Source of the DNA: Lama guanicoe
Taxonomy: Eukaryota
NCBI GenBank assembly: GCA_013239625.1
Contig: MU053561.1
Location: 5,754,439 to 5,818,438 of the forward strand
Direction: 5' to 3'
Length of the DNA stretch: 64,000 nt
In this document: positions 39,558 through 52,452 of the stretch, piece after piece
Position numbering within the stretch: the first letter of the stretch is position 1
How the letters are laid out: each line of letters opens with the position of its first letter
Position numbers and translations under genes: made by a program
The notes under the pieces: model-generated
Database searches by the model: none
Seen by the model: the letters and a program-made list of their open reading frames with translations, nothing else
What the model was told of the DNA's origin: nothing

Positions 39558-40272
39558 CTGAAATACAAACAGACCTTTCTAATAAAGCTTTCCACTAAAC
39601 AAAATTAAATTCATTAGAACAAACATTTACCTATAAAAGTGAAAATAAACTTAACATGCATTTTTAAGAAAATTCAGAACCTTTATTATTAACCAATGCA
39701 AAGCACAGAAGAAAGGCCTCTATTAAGACTTTGGTGCTCAGTGAGGTACCCGTAAACAACCATCCTGACCACAGATACACTCGTAGTTTTCATATGAGAA
39801 ACTGTATTACATTTCCAGTTTCTCCCTTCTTAGTGAAAGACCATCAGGTCAAAGACACTCAGACAAATACAGATGAAGCTTTGGAGAAATTCTCATGGGA
39901 GACGATTCTAAAATCTTACTTGAGAGAATCCTCTCTTGCTAGTTAAATTACTTACAAATCTCACATGATTAAACAGATTACTGATTCAATACTGATTTCT
40001 CAGTGCATTTCTTTTACTTTAATCAAAATTCTAGTTCTATAAATAACTTCCATTTAAGTGCCCTTTCAGAGAAAGTGTCCCACCACAAGAAACAAAATTA
40101 AAAACAAACCAAAAAACAAAAATGTTAATAAACAACAAAGCATCTTCTTTTACTGGATGAGTCAGAGGTTCAGGCTTTCCAGCCATAGCAAATAGATACA
40201 ATCCAATCACATCTACAATTGGTTCTTGAAAATAAACCTTCGTAGACATACGTACATATTATAAATACATAC

Positions 40273-40353
40273 AATTTAGTGAGACTTGTAAGTCCAGCAA
40301 AGGCTTCACTGGCATCTTCTATGGCCCAAGAAATTTCATTGTTTCTTAAGTTT
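40273..40353 (-). CDS. LRIG2: LRIG2 exon 9 (81 nt; NLRNNEISWAIEDASEAFAGLTSLTKL)
   Basis: Within ORF 40170..40379; TAG/GTATGT boundaries. Confidence 0.95.
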
Positions 40354-41692
40354 CTATAAAAAATGTTAGGGATAGACAAGTTATGTTAGTCAACATGACC
40401 ATTACACCACCAGGCATCATGACAAGCAACGCTAATTCTGATCCTTGTTTTAAAGGTTATTTATGATGAACACAACTCTTCTTTTTAAAGAATACCTGTG
40501 ATAAGCATGTAAAATCTAATTCTCATAAGCTAAGAATTAAGCTTGATAAATAAATTAAGCAACCTGCTAAGTTAGTATTAATCTTCCTAGCTAACAGCCT
40601 GTAGTTGTGTTAGCATATTAAAAATTATAGTCAGGGTCCTACAAAAAGCAGGAAGTTTCAAGATGCAGGAGATATGGCTTACAAATTTGATATCAGACTA
40701 ATGGGATTTCTGGGTGACCCAAGCCTTCCCCTGAGCCCTTAAACCTAAAATGGCTGACAAAAAGAATGTCAATACAGAGCTTCACAGCTCAACAGCAATT
40801 AAACATATCCCCTGGGATGTAAGAATGATATACCCATGTGCTAGAGCAATCACTCTGTTTCTTTAAAAGGAGAAGTATGGATCTTTTAAAATCCACTGTT
40901 TCATTCTCAGAGGAAATGTAATTGCACCACACCATGTCTTCATGGAAGAAATACCAGTTAAAGATATTTAATCACCTCTGCTTCCTTAAGTGATCTCACA
41001 ATAAAGCACAAAGCCTTTTGCTTTATAAGACATCTGTAAAGCCGTGTGAATAACAGTAAGGAGGTAGATCATTCTTCCCATTTGGCTCCATCTTTACTTG
41101 GCGTGAAAGCTAACAAAGATCATTTTATTTTACTGAAGAATAAACAGTGATGGCTCAATGCTGCAGGGCTTTGCCCTCTCCTCCACAGAACAGCATAAAC
41201 AGAACTCAGTCACCAAAGTGAGTAAGAAGCACATCCATTCTGGCAAGAGCACTCATCTAAAGCCAGAATATCTCAGATTTGTTCTGCCTTAACTATCTTT
41301 GTAGCATTAGATAATCATTAATTCTGCAGTTACTTTCCCAAACTTCAATATTAAAAGTAATCATCTGTGGTATACTAAAGAACCTGTTTGCCATCCCATG
41401 CACCGCCAAAAGGCTACAGCTGCATCTAACGTAAATTCCTGAGTTTGCACTGATCTAATTGCACCTCTGATAATGTAAAAAAGAGAAAAAGGGGGAAAAA
41501 AGGAAAACACTTTCAATTTTTCAAGGCCAAATCTGAAGGAGGAAAACCTTATTACAAAAAAAAAAAAAACATTAAACACACACTTCTGCATACATAGACA
41601 CCTTTACAAAATTATCATGCTTCTTTGACACTGATGGTTAGGTCCCGAAGTTGGAAGCTTGCCTCTTGTCTGAGACCATTTACCAACTTTAA

Positions 41693-41864
41693 ACCTGAGG
41701 ACCAGATAATTCCCTATCCAGAAACCTTAAGAATCTACAAATTCTACTAATTACTCTTTTTCTCTTCTTCTGCTCTATACCTGAGGACCAGATAATTCCC
41801 TATCCAGAAACCTTAAGAATCTACAAATTCTACTAATTACTCTTTTTCTCTTCTTCTGCTCTAT
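41693..41864. repeat. Perfect tandem duplication, 2 x 86 bp
   Basis: 41693-41778 is identical to 41779-41864, checked base by base. Confidence 0.97.
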
Positions 41865-42714
41865 GTTTGAGATGACTATATTTCATTAAAATATCTCTTC
41901 ATACAATTATATTTCATGATCAGGGTAAAACATTCAACTTACAGAACCACAGAATTCTAGAGCTGAAATTGCCTTTAGCAACCATCTAATCCTACGTCCA
42001 TCCTTCACTGGACAAGACCAAATACCAACAACAACAACAACAACAGTAATAACATCAAGGAAAGGCTAAGTGATTTTGCTCATCTGGCAGTGTAATAAAA
42101 AGCACATAAGCTTTAGTATCAAACAAACCTGGGTTCTAATCCTGGCCCAAACATTTACAAAGGTATGTGAATCACTTTCATCTCTCTGAACCTCAGTCTC
42201 CTGATATGGAAAAGACCAATAATGTCCTAGTATTCTGAAAGCACTTGGCCCATATCAGATCATTAATAAATGTTAGTTGTTTTCTGTCCAAAGTCATGCA
42301 GCAAATTAGTGACAGTGGGAACGTGCCAGAGCTGTTCCCACTACACATCCTGCATCCTTCTGAATGAGAAGTGGCAGTTCTGGTAAACTACTGGCAGTCC
42401 AAGATCATAGGAATAAGAAAACGTGCATTCTGGACACCAGCAACTGTGTTTTATTCCATAGTAACTGGCACAATAAGAAATGCTTTCTTATTTAATTAAC
42501 TTAGAATTAAAGTACATATCAAAATGGCTAGAAATAAGTAAAATTTATGTATAGGGATTGAGATAAATAAGACTGCCTTGCCCCAAGGCACAGGACATAA
42601 GAACTGCAAAATATTAACATACATGAATCTATAGACTGATTAGTTGTTTTAATTTATTTGCTTTACTACTTTAAAAAAGTTAGCAAAAAGACAAAAAATG
42701 ACAGATGTACTTAC

Positions 42715-42858
42715 AGTGTCTGAAGGTTGGAAAGAAACCTAAAAACACCATCAGCAATGTGAGTGACTCTGTTGTCCCCTAAATTCAATCTCTCCAGTAA
42801 GCTCAGACCCACAAAGGCAGATTCATCCAGGCGGGTCAACTGGTTATAGGACAAATCA
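42715..42858 (-). CDS. LRIG2: LRIG2 exon 8 (144 nt; DLSYNQLTRLDESAFVGLSLLERL...SNLQTL)
   Basis: Within ORF 42711..42893; TAG/GTAAGT boundaries. Confidence 0.95.
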
Positions 42859-43052
42859 CTAAAAACAGGAAACATGGAAAGTAAAGAACTCACTTTATTT
42901 TAGTTAAATTTTCATATTCTTATTTGCATGATAAATTCAGAGCTTTCAAACTTCTAATAAAGAGGAATATTAGTCTCATTACTAGCCAGGGAATGACTTA
43001 TTCAATCTGCTCTAGTCTTACAGCCTCCACTGAAATGCCACCCAACCCTTAC

Positions 43053-43196
43053 AGTTCGGAGAGTCTTTGGCAGAATTCCCATGCATCAGGGCTGATTCGT
43101 TCAACAGCATTCTGGCTCACATAGAGCTGCTGTAACATTCGCAAGCCATACAACCACCCCTTGTTCACTTCTGTGAGGTTATTATGCTCCAGTTCT
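43053..43196 (-). CDS. LRIG2: LRIG2 exon 7 (144 nt; ELEHNNLTEVNKGWLYGLRMLQQLYVSQNA...FCQRLSEL)
   Basis: CAG acceptor, GTAAGG donor, LRR units. Confidence 0.93.
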
Positions 43197-43723
43197 CTGC
43201 AGAATTAGAGAAAGAAAGAAGGAAATATGTTTCAGAACAAGGCATTGCAATGAGAAGATTCCAAAAATCTTCATTAAGACTTGCTCAGAGAGGCATATAC
43301 TTTTAAAGCTCAACCCAAGTGAGCAAGTTCTATTCCTAAGTATTTGTTACTTAAGATTTAGTGCAAGAAGGCAGTAAAATATCTATTAAAGTCTAAAATA
43401 CCAGATCTATAAAATCAACACAGTAAGAGGTACAGTATACCTGTTCTGAGTAAATTCTGGTAATTTTCACCAGCCAAACACTTCATTATTATATTTATAA
43501 GGGAATATAAACTTCTAGATGAAATGCTTTTAAGAATGACAAAAAAAGTATCAGTTAGATAACAAAACTTAAACAGTTTTGTCTGTAATATTATTTCACA
43601 TTAGAGAAGGGAGAAAGAGCTTAAGTACTTTGGTATAGTTAAAGCAACTATCCTAGACGTTTGGCACTGTAAAGTCCCAGACTCCTTTCCTAACAATCTC
43701 CTATTCTACTTCATAGTACTTAC

Positions 43724-43867
43724 AATTCTTCCATGTTATCCAAGCCAAAAAAAGCTCCATCCTTTAGTTTGCTAATTCCATTCCGTTGCATTTTCAAAGA
43801 TCTTAAGGAGTCCAGCCCTTGGAATGTAAGACCTTCTACAACTTTAATTCTGTTTCTTTTAAGTTCC
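43724..43867 (-). CDS. LRIG2: LRIG2 exon 6 (144 nt; [30 protein letters not shown]...MEEL)
   Basis: AG/GTAAGT boundaries, two LRR units. Confidence 0.95.
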
Positions 43868-43984
43868 CTTTAACAAAAACAGTTTTATAGTCAGAAAACT
43901 GGGTATGCTAATTCGTGCTAAGAAGAAGAAGAAACAGACACTGTAAGAAAAAACGATCTTCTTATAATCCATCTATTTACTCAC

Positions 43985-44128
43985 AAGAATTGGAGGTGAG
44001 GTAGCTTGAAGATCTTGGGTGGGATCATGCTAATTCTGTTCCTGTTTAACTTTACTACTAATAAGGAACTTGACAAATTATCAAAGCAACCAGCCTCCAA
44101 GATGGTTATCCTATTATTACTCAAATTC
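43985..44128 (-). CDS. LRIG2: LRIG2 exon 5 (144 nt; [23 protein letters not shown]...PHLQFL)
   Basis: Within ORF 43981..44205; AG/GTGAGT boundaries. Confidence 0.96.
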
Positions 44129-44669
44129 CTAAAATGAACAAGATAACAACAACAACAAATTAGTGAAACAAAACATTCTACCACCAGAAAGCTGCCCCAA
44201 GTCACAACTGAGTCCCAGCTCTACCCTTCAGCAACTGTACACAACTTTACAAGTCACTTAACTGCTTTGTTTCTTCAAATGCAGAATAAAAATAACAACT
44301 TCATTTGAGTTGAAACAGTGTGTGTGAATATATTTTGTAAACTGTAAAGCACTAGCACAAATGCTAATTATCATCATCACTATACTAGGTAAGCCACTGT
44401 TTAACATCACTCCCATTTAACTCTTACAAAACTGTTAGTAAAACACAATCCAAAATTAAATCTCAAAAATTATCCTGGATACTTAATATTTTCTGAAAGT
44501 AGTGCACTCTTTAATAAGAGTAGGAAAAAAACCACCAAAACAATTCAACCCTAGGTTTGTTTCACATAAGCATATTAAAATCACAAAAGATCTATCTGGG
44601 AAAGTAAGTATCAATGAATAATAAACATGCACTTTGAAGTAAAACTAGTTTAAACTCTGTTTTACTTAC

Positions 44670-44804
44670 AGGTATTTAAGCTGCATTCGAGGAAATGAAG
44701 ATGTCTTGATTTCTGATATTATATTTGAGCTGAGATCTAAACTCTCAAGAGCAGGATAAAACTGGAACGCTTCTGCATTTATTACTGGGATTATATTATG
44801 GACT
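44670..44804 (-). CDS. LRIG2: LRIG2 exon 4 (135 nt; VHNIIP...LDLSSNIISEIKTSSFPRMQLKYL)
   Basis: AG/GTAAGT boundaries, LRR consensus LxxLxLxxN. Confidence 0.95.
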
Positions 44805-44964
44805 CTACAAAACAAAGATTATATTGAAGCTATTGCCAGTGATCTACCCTAGACCACAAAAATGTTAAATAATTACAATCAACAACAAGGATATCTAAAA
44901 CAAAAATAAAAAACTGTGTACTATTCATAATTTAAGTAAAAGATCTGAAATCTTTTTTACTTAC

Positions 44965-45039
44965 AATGACAGTAGAGTAATATTAGAGGTTGGTTCTCCA
45001 AAATATGGGATTTCTGTTAGTTCATTATAATTCATTTTC
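44965..45039 (-). CDS. LRIG2: LRIG2 exon 3 (75 nt; KMNYNELTEIPYFGEPTSNITLLSL)
   Basis: AG acceptor, GTAAGT donor, in frame with exon 2. Confidence 0.95.
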
Positions 45040-45332
45040 CTAAGTAGGAGGAAAAACAGGTATAGAAGTTTAGTGAAGGAAATGTTACCTCTTGAGTTGT
45101 GGTTTTTGGCTAATACATATTCTTTAGGATAGGCGCCAAATTTGGAGGAAAAAAAAAAAAGCCTCTGGCCCCAAATGAGTTAAATTAAATGTATCCTTCT
45201 GAGAAATTACAGCTAGTAATAAAAATTTTTTTCATGGTATAGTTCTATGACTTGATACCAATATTAGATTAGGAAGTATTTTGCACATTAAATACTTTTA
45301 ATCTCAGCAAGGTTCTTTGAATAGTTATTTCT

Positions 45333-45394
45333 TTTTCAAATATACTTTTATTGAAGTATAGTCAGTTTACAATGTTGTGTCAATTTCTGGTGTA
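45333..45394 (-). mobile_element. 62-bp L1 3' tail insertion
   Basis: ttttattgaagtatagtcagtttacaatgttgtgtcaatttctggtgta; TSD GAATAGTTATTTCT / GAACAGTTACTTCT. Confidence 0.8.
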
Positions 45395-45446
45395 GAACAG
45401 TTACTTCTACAACACCTAATTTGAGTCCTCCTTAAAGAATAATTCT

Positions 45447-45595
45447 GGGGTAAAGGATATAACTTAGTGGTAGAGCACATGCTTCCACAAGGTCCTGGGT
45501 TCAATCCCCAGTGCCTCTGTTAAGGGGGAAACATTTTTTTTAATTTTAAAATAAATTTTAAAATAATTTTTTAAATTTTAAAGTAAAAAATTAAA
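45447..45595 (+). mobile_element. tRNA-derived SINE (Vic-1-like, diverged) with AT-rich tail
   Basis: taacttagtggtagagc...gggttcaatccccagtgcctc; TSD-like aataattc on both sides. Confidence 0.75.
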
Positions 45596-46764
45596 AAATA
45601 ATTCACATTTCTATACATAGTTATTTATAATAAAATAAATTATAAATAAGTTAATTACATAAATTTTTTAAATACACACACACACGCACACACTTTTTTA
45701 AGTTACTCAAAGTTAGGGAAAGTTGCTTGAGACCACAGACCTAACAGGGACTGTCTCAACTCTTTTAGTAGCAAATCTAATGCAATCATATTTTCACCGA
45801 CCTGGTTTCCAATCACTGAACCACCTCAACAATCTAGAATACAGAAAAGAAACCAGAAGTAAAAGGCCTCCAAGTAATGAACTGAACTTACAAAGTCCAA
45901 ATAATAAAGCTCATGCATTTCCCATTGAGCATTTAAAAATGTAAATTTTCAATGTAAATTTTTTAAAAAGTAGGCTTTTCCTCAGGGCCTACTCTTTCAG
46001 CTAATAAGCTTGTCAATTGTTCACAGTCCACAGCAGACTGGAGGCAGTCAACGTGAGGCAGAGAAGGATAGAATGAAGAGACAATGAAAGCACAACGTAC
46101 CCCTTGTCAGAAAAAAATTAAAAAGAAAAATTCATCTGAGGATTCTGGGGGTGTTTAGCATAGAGGTAAACAGGCCTCAGTAGTCATGCTCCTGGGAATA
46201 TCACAATGCAATAACTGATATTAATGATATTTTAGAAAATTCTCTCCAAAAAACATACAATAATACATCTCAGCACTAAAGGAAAAACTTTAGTGAAGTG
46301 GAAAATGGAATTATATTAACTACCACATTTCAGATGATACCAAAAACATTGTATTTCATATAAATCTACTTTAGACGTGACGTCTCCACCTTAGACAAGT
46401 CAAAACATAAAAAAAAAAGTTTACGCAATAGTTTCACTGGCTGAAACACTGGCAAAAAAAAAAAAAAAAGAACATATTTACTTAGAAAAGGGGAAAAACA
46501 AATCTTACTTTAGGCCTCAGGGACATAGAACAGTATCTCCACACAGTTTACAACTTGAGATCACCCACCCAATGGCATAATACCCAGCGTTTGTGAAAGC
46601 AGTAAAGCCAAAGACAAGTTTAGGTTTTTTAAACAAGGTGTTTTAATATAAAGTTTTTTTCCTTCAGTTTTTTGACATTTCTGGATTGAACATCCTGACA
46701 TTCATAATTCATCAAATCACTTCAAGGAATTTAATGTAAATTTAAATAAATAAAAATAACTTAC

Positions 46765-46830
46765 ACTTCTTGTAATGTTTGAGATTCCAAGCTGACGTTC
46801 CAGTTAGACAATCGATTATGACTCAAATCC
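46765..46830 (-). CDS. LRIG2: LRIG2 exon 2 (66 nt, LRR; DLSHNRLSNWNVSLESQTLQEV)
   Basis: AG acceptor at 46831-32 and GTAAGT donor at 46759-64; translation matches LRIG2 as I recall it; phase 2-2. Confidence 0.95.
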
Positions 46831-47567
46831 CTAAATGAAGGACAAAAGATCCTAGTTTAGTGTCAGAAAACACACTTAAAGGAAAGGAAAAAAAAAAACA
46901 ACTAAATTAAAACAGGAATCTAAAAGCCCTGTCAAATCTGAATATGATTAGTATAGTTAAAAAGAAATGTTTACAAAGGATGAATAAAAATTTATCTAGA
47001 CTTCAAAATAGCTATTTTACTTTTCCACTTTTATGAGGGTTTTTTGTTTTTGTTTTTACTAACTAGGGAATACATTCACATGGTTCAATAATCAAAAAGT
47101 ATAAAAGGATATACAGTAAAAAAACTCCCACCTTTGCGTTTAGCCATCCAATTTCCCTCCCCAACAGTAAAAAGTGAAAATATACCATTTCTTGCACAGC
47201 CTATCAGATATTTTATACATGTATCAGAAAAATTTTATACAAATGATAGAATAATTTACACATTATTTTGCCCCTTGCTTTTTTCACTTAACAATAATAC
47301 ATCTTGTAGATCATTCCAAAGCAACATTATGGTTTCTTCATCTCTTCCAGTAAGGTTACACTTTACTTTAATTATTATGCTTTATATACTTTTAAAAGTA
47401 ATATATACTTCACATAATATATCATACTGTACTATATTACATTTCAGCTGCAGATAAAAATGTGAAGATGGATTTCACAAATCAAAATAGTGAGCTTCTA
47501 TGTTAGAATTGGAGTTGACCCATATCCCTGACAGAGATGCAGTCTTCCTTTAAAAAAAAAAAAAAAA

Positions 47568-49300
47568 GGCACTGCCCAAGGCAATCTACAGATTTAATGC
47601 AATCCCTGTCAAATTACCCAGGCCATATTTCACAGAACTAGAACAAATCATAATAAAATTTATATGGAACCACAAAAGACCTAGAATTGCCAAAGCATTA
47701 CTGAAGAAAAAGAAAGAGGCTGGAGAAATAACTCTCCCAGATTTCAGACAATACTACAGAGATACAGTAATCAAAACAGCATGGTATTAGTACAAAAACA
47801 GACATATGGACCAATGGAACAGAACAGAGAGCCCAGAAATGAACCCACAAACTTCTGGTCAACTGATCTTCGACAAAGGAGGCAAGAATATACAACGGAA
47901 TAAAGACAGTCTCTTCAGCAAATGGTGTTGGGAAAACTGGACAGTTTAGTTTACAACATTTAGCATGTAAATCAATGAAGCTAGAACACTCCCTTACACC
48001 ATACACAAAAATCAACTCAAAATGGATCAAAGACTTAAACATAAGACAAGATACAATAAACCTCCTAGAAGAAAATATAGGCAAAACATTATCTCACATA
48101 CATCTCAAAAACATTCTAGGACCGTCTACCCAAGCAATAGAAATAAAAGAATAAACAAATGGGACCTAATTAAACTTACAACCTTCTGCACAGCGAAAGA
48201 AGCCATAAGTAAAACCAAATGACAACCTATGGAATGGGAGAAAATTTTTGCAAATGAAACCGACAAAGGCTTGATCTCCAGAATATATAAGCAGCTCATA
48301 CGACTTAATAAGAAAAAAAGAAACAATCCAACCCAAAAATGGGCAGAAGACCTAAATAAGCAATTCTCCAAGGAAGAATGATCAATAAGCACATGAAAAA
48401 ATGCTCAGTATCACTAATTATCAGAGAAATGCAAATCAAAACTACAATGAAGTATCACCTCACACCAGTCAGAATGGCCATTATTCAAACGTCCACAAAC
48501 GACAATGACAGCTGGAGAGGCTGTGGAGAAAAAGGAACCCTCCTACATTGCGGGTGGGAATGCAGTTTTGTGCAACCACTGTGGAAAACAGTATGGAGAT
48601 TCTTCAAAAAGACTAGGAATAGACTTACCATGATCCAGGAATCCCGCTCCTGGGCATATATCAAGAAGAAACCCTACTTCCAAAAGACACCTGCACCCCA
48701 ATGTTCATAGCAGCACTATTTACAATAGCCAAGACATGGAAACAGCCTAAATGTCCATCAACAGATGACTGGATAAAGAAGATGTGGTATATTTATACAA
48801 TGGAATACTATTCAGCCATAAAAACTGACAACATAACACCATTTGTAGCAACATGGATGCTCTTCCTGAAGAATGTCATTCTAAGTGAGGTAAGCCAGAA
48901 AGAGAAAGAAAACTACCATATGAGATCGCTCATATGTGGAATCTTAAAAAAAGAAGAAGAAGAAGAAGAAGAAGAACATAAATACAAAACAGAAACAAAC
49001 TCACAGACATAGAATACAAATGTGTGGTTGCCAAGGGGAAGGGGGGTGGGAAGGGATAGACAGGGAGTTCAAAATTTGTAGATACTGACAGGCATATGTA
49101 GAATAGATAAACAAGATTATATGATATAGCACAGGGAAATATAAAAGATCTTGTGTTAGCTCACAGTGAGAAAAAAATGTGACAATGAATATATGTATGT
49201 TCATGTGTAACTGAAAAAATGTGCTCTACACTGGAATTTGACACAACATTGTAAAATGACTGTAACTCAATAAAAAAATGTTTAACCCCCCTCCCCCCAA
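47568..49300 (+). mobile_element. 5'-truncated L1 (~1.7 kb: ORF2 C-terminus plus 3' UTR), disrupted, antisense to LRIG2
   Basis: ORF2 peptides ([41 protein letters not shown]) with frameshifts, (GAA)n in the UTR, AATAAA end; TT/AAAA site at the 5' flank. Confidence 0.95.
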
Positions 49301-52083
49301 AAAAGCAAAGTAGCTTCAGGGAAGGGAAATTCCTCTCACTCCAATTTGTGTTCTCAATGAGGATGATGATGGTGGTGCCTGCAGCTAATGTGTATTAAGC
49401 GCCAGGCACTCCTCTATGCACTTTATACATATTAATTGCCTAAACCAACCTTATGAAGCAAATACTTTTTACAATCCTCACTTTCCTGACACAGAAACAG
49501 GCAGAGATTAATCACTGTCAATCCAAGGTCACAAAGCTAAATAAGCAAGGGAGCCATAAACTGGAAATTCCACCTCACTTCTAGCAGGTGGGTTATCAGA
49601 TACAGCAGAGATTTCACTGAAATCACTCAAGAGTCTAAATATTTAAATAGGCTTAAAAAATTCACCTTGATGCTTTCTGGCATCTTTTCAGGGCTGAGGT
49701 AGATTCCAGCCCACACAAGCTGTCTGCCCAAGAGATGTATTATACATTACAATATGGCTAGCAATAGGGGCACACTAGAGGAACATTACAGATCACTTTA
49801 TCTCACTGTGCCACCACAGCCAGTTGACAGATGCATGCAGCTTTGACCGATGTCTCTATTACAGGAGAACAATTTGCTCTCAGCTAGACTCATGTCTGCC
49901 CATCTGTAAAGCCTAGCCACTTCCGTTTAAAAGCTTGATTTACACCATAATATAATTGAGTCTAGGTCAAACAACAGTTCTAAACCTTTATTCTACAATA
50001 CCTGGCACTAGGTATAAGCTCAAGGACACTCATGAGTGGAGGAGTGTGTCAGGAACTATTAATAGAGAAAAACAGCAATTCACTCCACTTAAGAACTTTA
50101 TATGCAGATACTTTTTCATCCAATTCACACTTGCTGCTGAACAACAAACAGAACTTCATACAAGTGAAAAGATGTTTGTTTACTGTGCTGTTTCAACTGA
50201 AGGAAAAATTCAGCTGTTCTATTTTAAGTTAGATATTCTGCTCCAAGGTGGCTGGCTGGTCTGGCAAATAGAGAGCTAATGTCATCTGCGCAGTAGGCTA
50301 CCATAGCAGGATTTAATTCTGTATCTCATGCTTTCTAGATTTTTTTTTTCCTTTCACAGATTAAGGGCTTTCATTTTAATCAGTGCTTCTAATGCCCTTC
50401 CAAACCCTACTTTCCTTGGTACTGTAACTTTTGACTGTATGGAGAAATGTATAGTTTTCTCATGGATGTCAATGATGACCAGTCAGTTTTAAAGAAAGTC
50501 ATTATTAAAGAAAACTAAATCAATCAAATTAAACTCAACTTATACATGGTATAAACCACTATGTATTTAGTATCAGTGAAAACTGTCCAGTGTCTCTACA
50601 AGGGGAAAGAGTAATTTTTTCTGTATCTTTGAAGAACCTCTAGGCTTTTCAATGGAACCCAAAGGACAACTGAAATACTTTGGAGCCTCTCTACAGACTA
50701 ATACTGTCTTAAGAATACACGCCTCATAGGTCAGAACCCCATATAATGAGGTTCTCTGTACCTTTCTGCAACAAATCCACACTGAATGGACTAAAAAACA
50801 CTAACAGTGAACTGAAATACACTCCCAAAGTAGTACTATTGTAGAAAGCAACTAGTATAAATCAGTATAGCTATTATATCAAAATACCAGATATATAACT
50901 CGAACTACATGGATTGATCTGATCACCAGGTATTAGTGCTATAAACATTTTCTGAACCATGTGCCAGGCACTGTGCTAGTGCTAGGGTACAACCACTGCC
51001 AACTTTAGTAACCTTCCTGTCTTTTTTGAAAGTAACATTTGTAGTGCTCAGAGGTAGAGTCACTTCAAAACTGTGAACATAAATTCAACATCAACTCAAC
51101 TATTAACATGACTTGGGTATATGGGAATACACAGACACTCTGGATCTCCATAAGCATGCCTTTTCTATTTCTTTTTTTAAAGTACACAAAAAGGCTGACG
51201 AAGAAAAATTCAATGACCTCTAAAATCGAATGTAAAACCCTTAATTCAGAATTTCAATAGTTCTCAAAATAAAAGTCTCTCACTACTCTTGTCAGTGGCC
51301 AGTCATTAATTCTGTTTAATTCACATAAACTAATGCTAGTTTATCTGGTTGTTTTTTTTTTTTAAGTTGAGTCCTGAAATGGAGAACTGTCTTCCAAAGA
51401 CTTTCTCCTTGAAATATCCTTAAAATGCACTTAAAAATTGAAGTAATCTAATGCTTGATAAACTTAACCTAAAGAGTCTAGCTCTTTAACAGTCAATAAT
51501 CTTTCCTTTATTTTTAATAGCACTAATTCCTGAATATTTATGGATATGATGTTTAGAGAGTAAAGGTCTCAGAAAAGGCCTTAAGAGTGTTGTAAATTCA
51601 GCTCCCACTCATGCTAATCTACAGGGATGCAGCTGTAATAAAAGATGAATTATTAAAGTTCTTGATATCATGTGGAGCCAGAGGTGCCATAATGTAGCCG
51701 TTTAGTACCATCAGGGTGTAAATAATTTATAGGATGTACAGAGCAATCACAACAGTTTGAGGAGAATCAAGTTCTGCAAGCTAATTGCAAAGAAGTCCTG
51801 TAGCAACACAGATTCTGCCCAGTCACATACATACACACTTTTGAGTCATCATCAATTTGTTTTTGAGACTCTGCAGCACTAATAGGCTGAACTGTTAACT
51901 TCAACAATGACAAAATTTCTGATAAAGGAGCCCTTTGCAAAAGTTAAAAGATAAGAACGTATTATATCTGCTAGTCCAGGTATGACAATGCTTCATGTAT
52001 TTATTCAGTATAATTTGCCCTTTCTTTTGTGGATGGCAATCCCTGTTTTGTTCATTAGAGTGCATTTAGCATAATTTACTTTT

Positions 52084-52452
52084 TTTTTTAAGTTCTTTAA
52101 AAAATTTTAAATTAAAAAAATTGGGGGGGGAGTGTATACCTCAAGTGGTAGAGTGCGTGCTTAGCGTGCACTAGGTCCTGGGTTCAATCCCCAGTACCTC
52201 ACATCAAAAAAGTAATTAAATAAACCTAATTACCTCCCCACAAATAAAATAAAAATATGTAACAGTGCCTTAAAAAGAAAGAAAAAGATGTTATAAAACA
52301 AAGAGCTGAGTGCTCTTTAAAAAAAAATGGGGGGGAATAAGGTTGGGTTATTTGTTTATTTATTTATTTTAATGGTGGTACTGGGGATGGAACCCAAGAT
52401 CTCATGCATGCTAAGCACGTACTTTACCACTGAGCTATACACTCCCCTCCCC
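52084..52452 (-). mobile_element. Vic-1-like SINE (outer copy) interrupted in its tail by a second SINE
   Basis: Body at 52336-52452; perfect 16-bp TSD AGCATAATTTACTTTT at 52068-83 and 52453-68. Confidence 0.85.
52123..52328 (+). mobile_element. Vic-1-like SINE (inner copy) with extended 3' sequence
   Basis: A and B boxes at 52135-52195; flanked by a duplicated TTAAAAAAA(T/A)TGGGGGGG. Confidence 0.85.

Noticed and set aside
47698..49204. Several ORFs of 66-128 aa
   Set aside because: Sense and antisense frames of a disrupted L1 ORF2 and UTR
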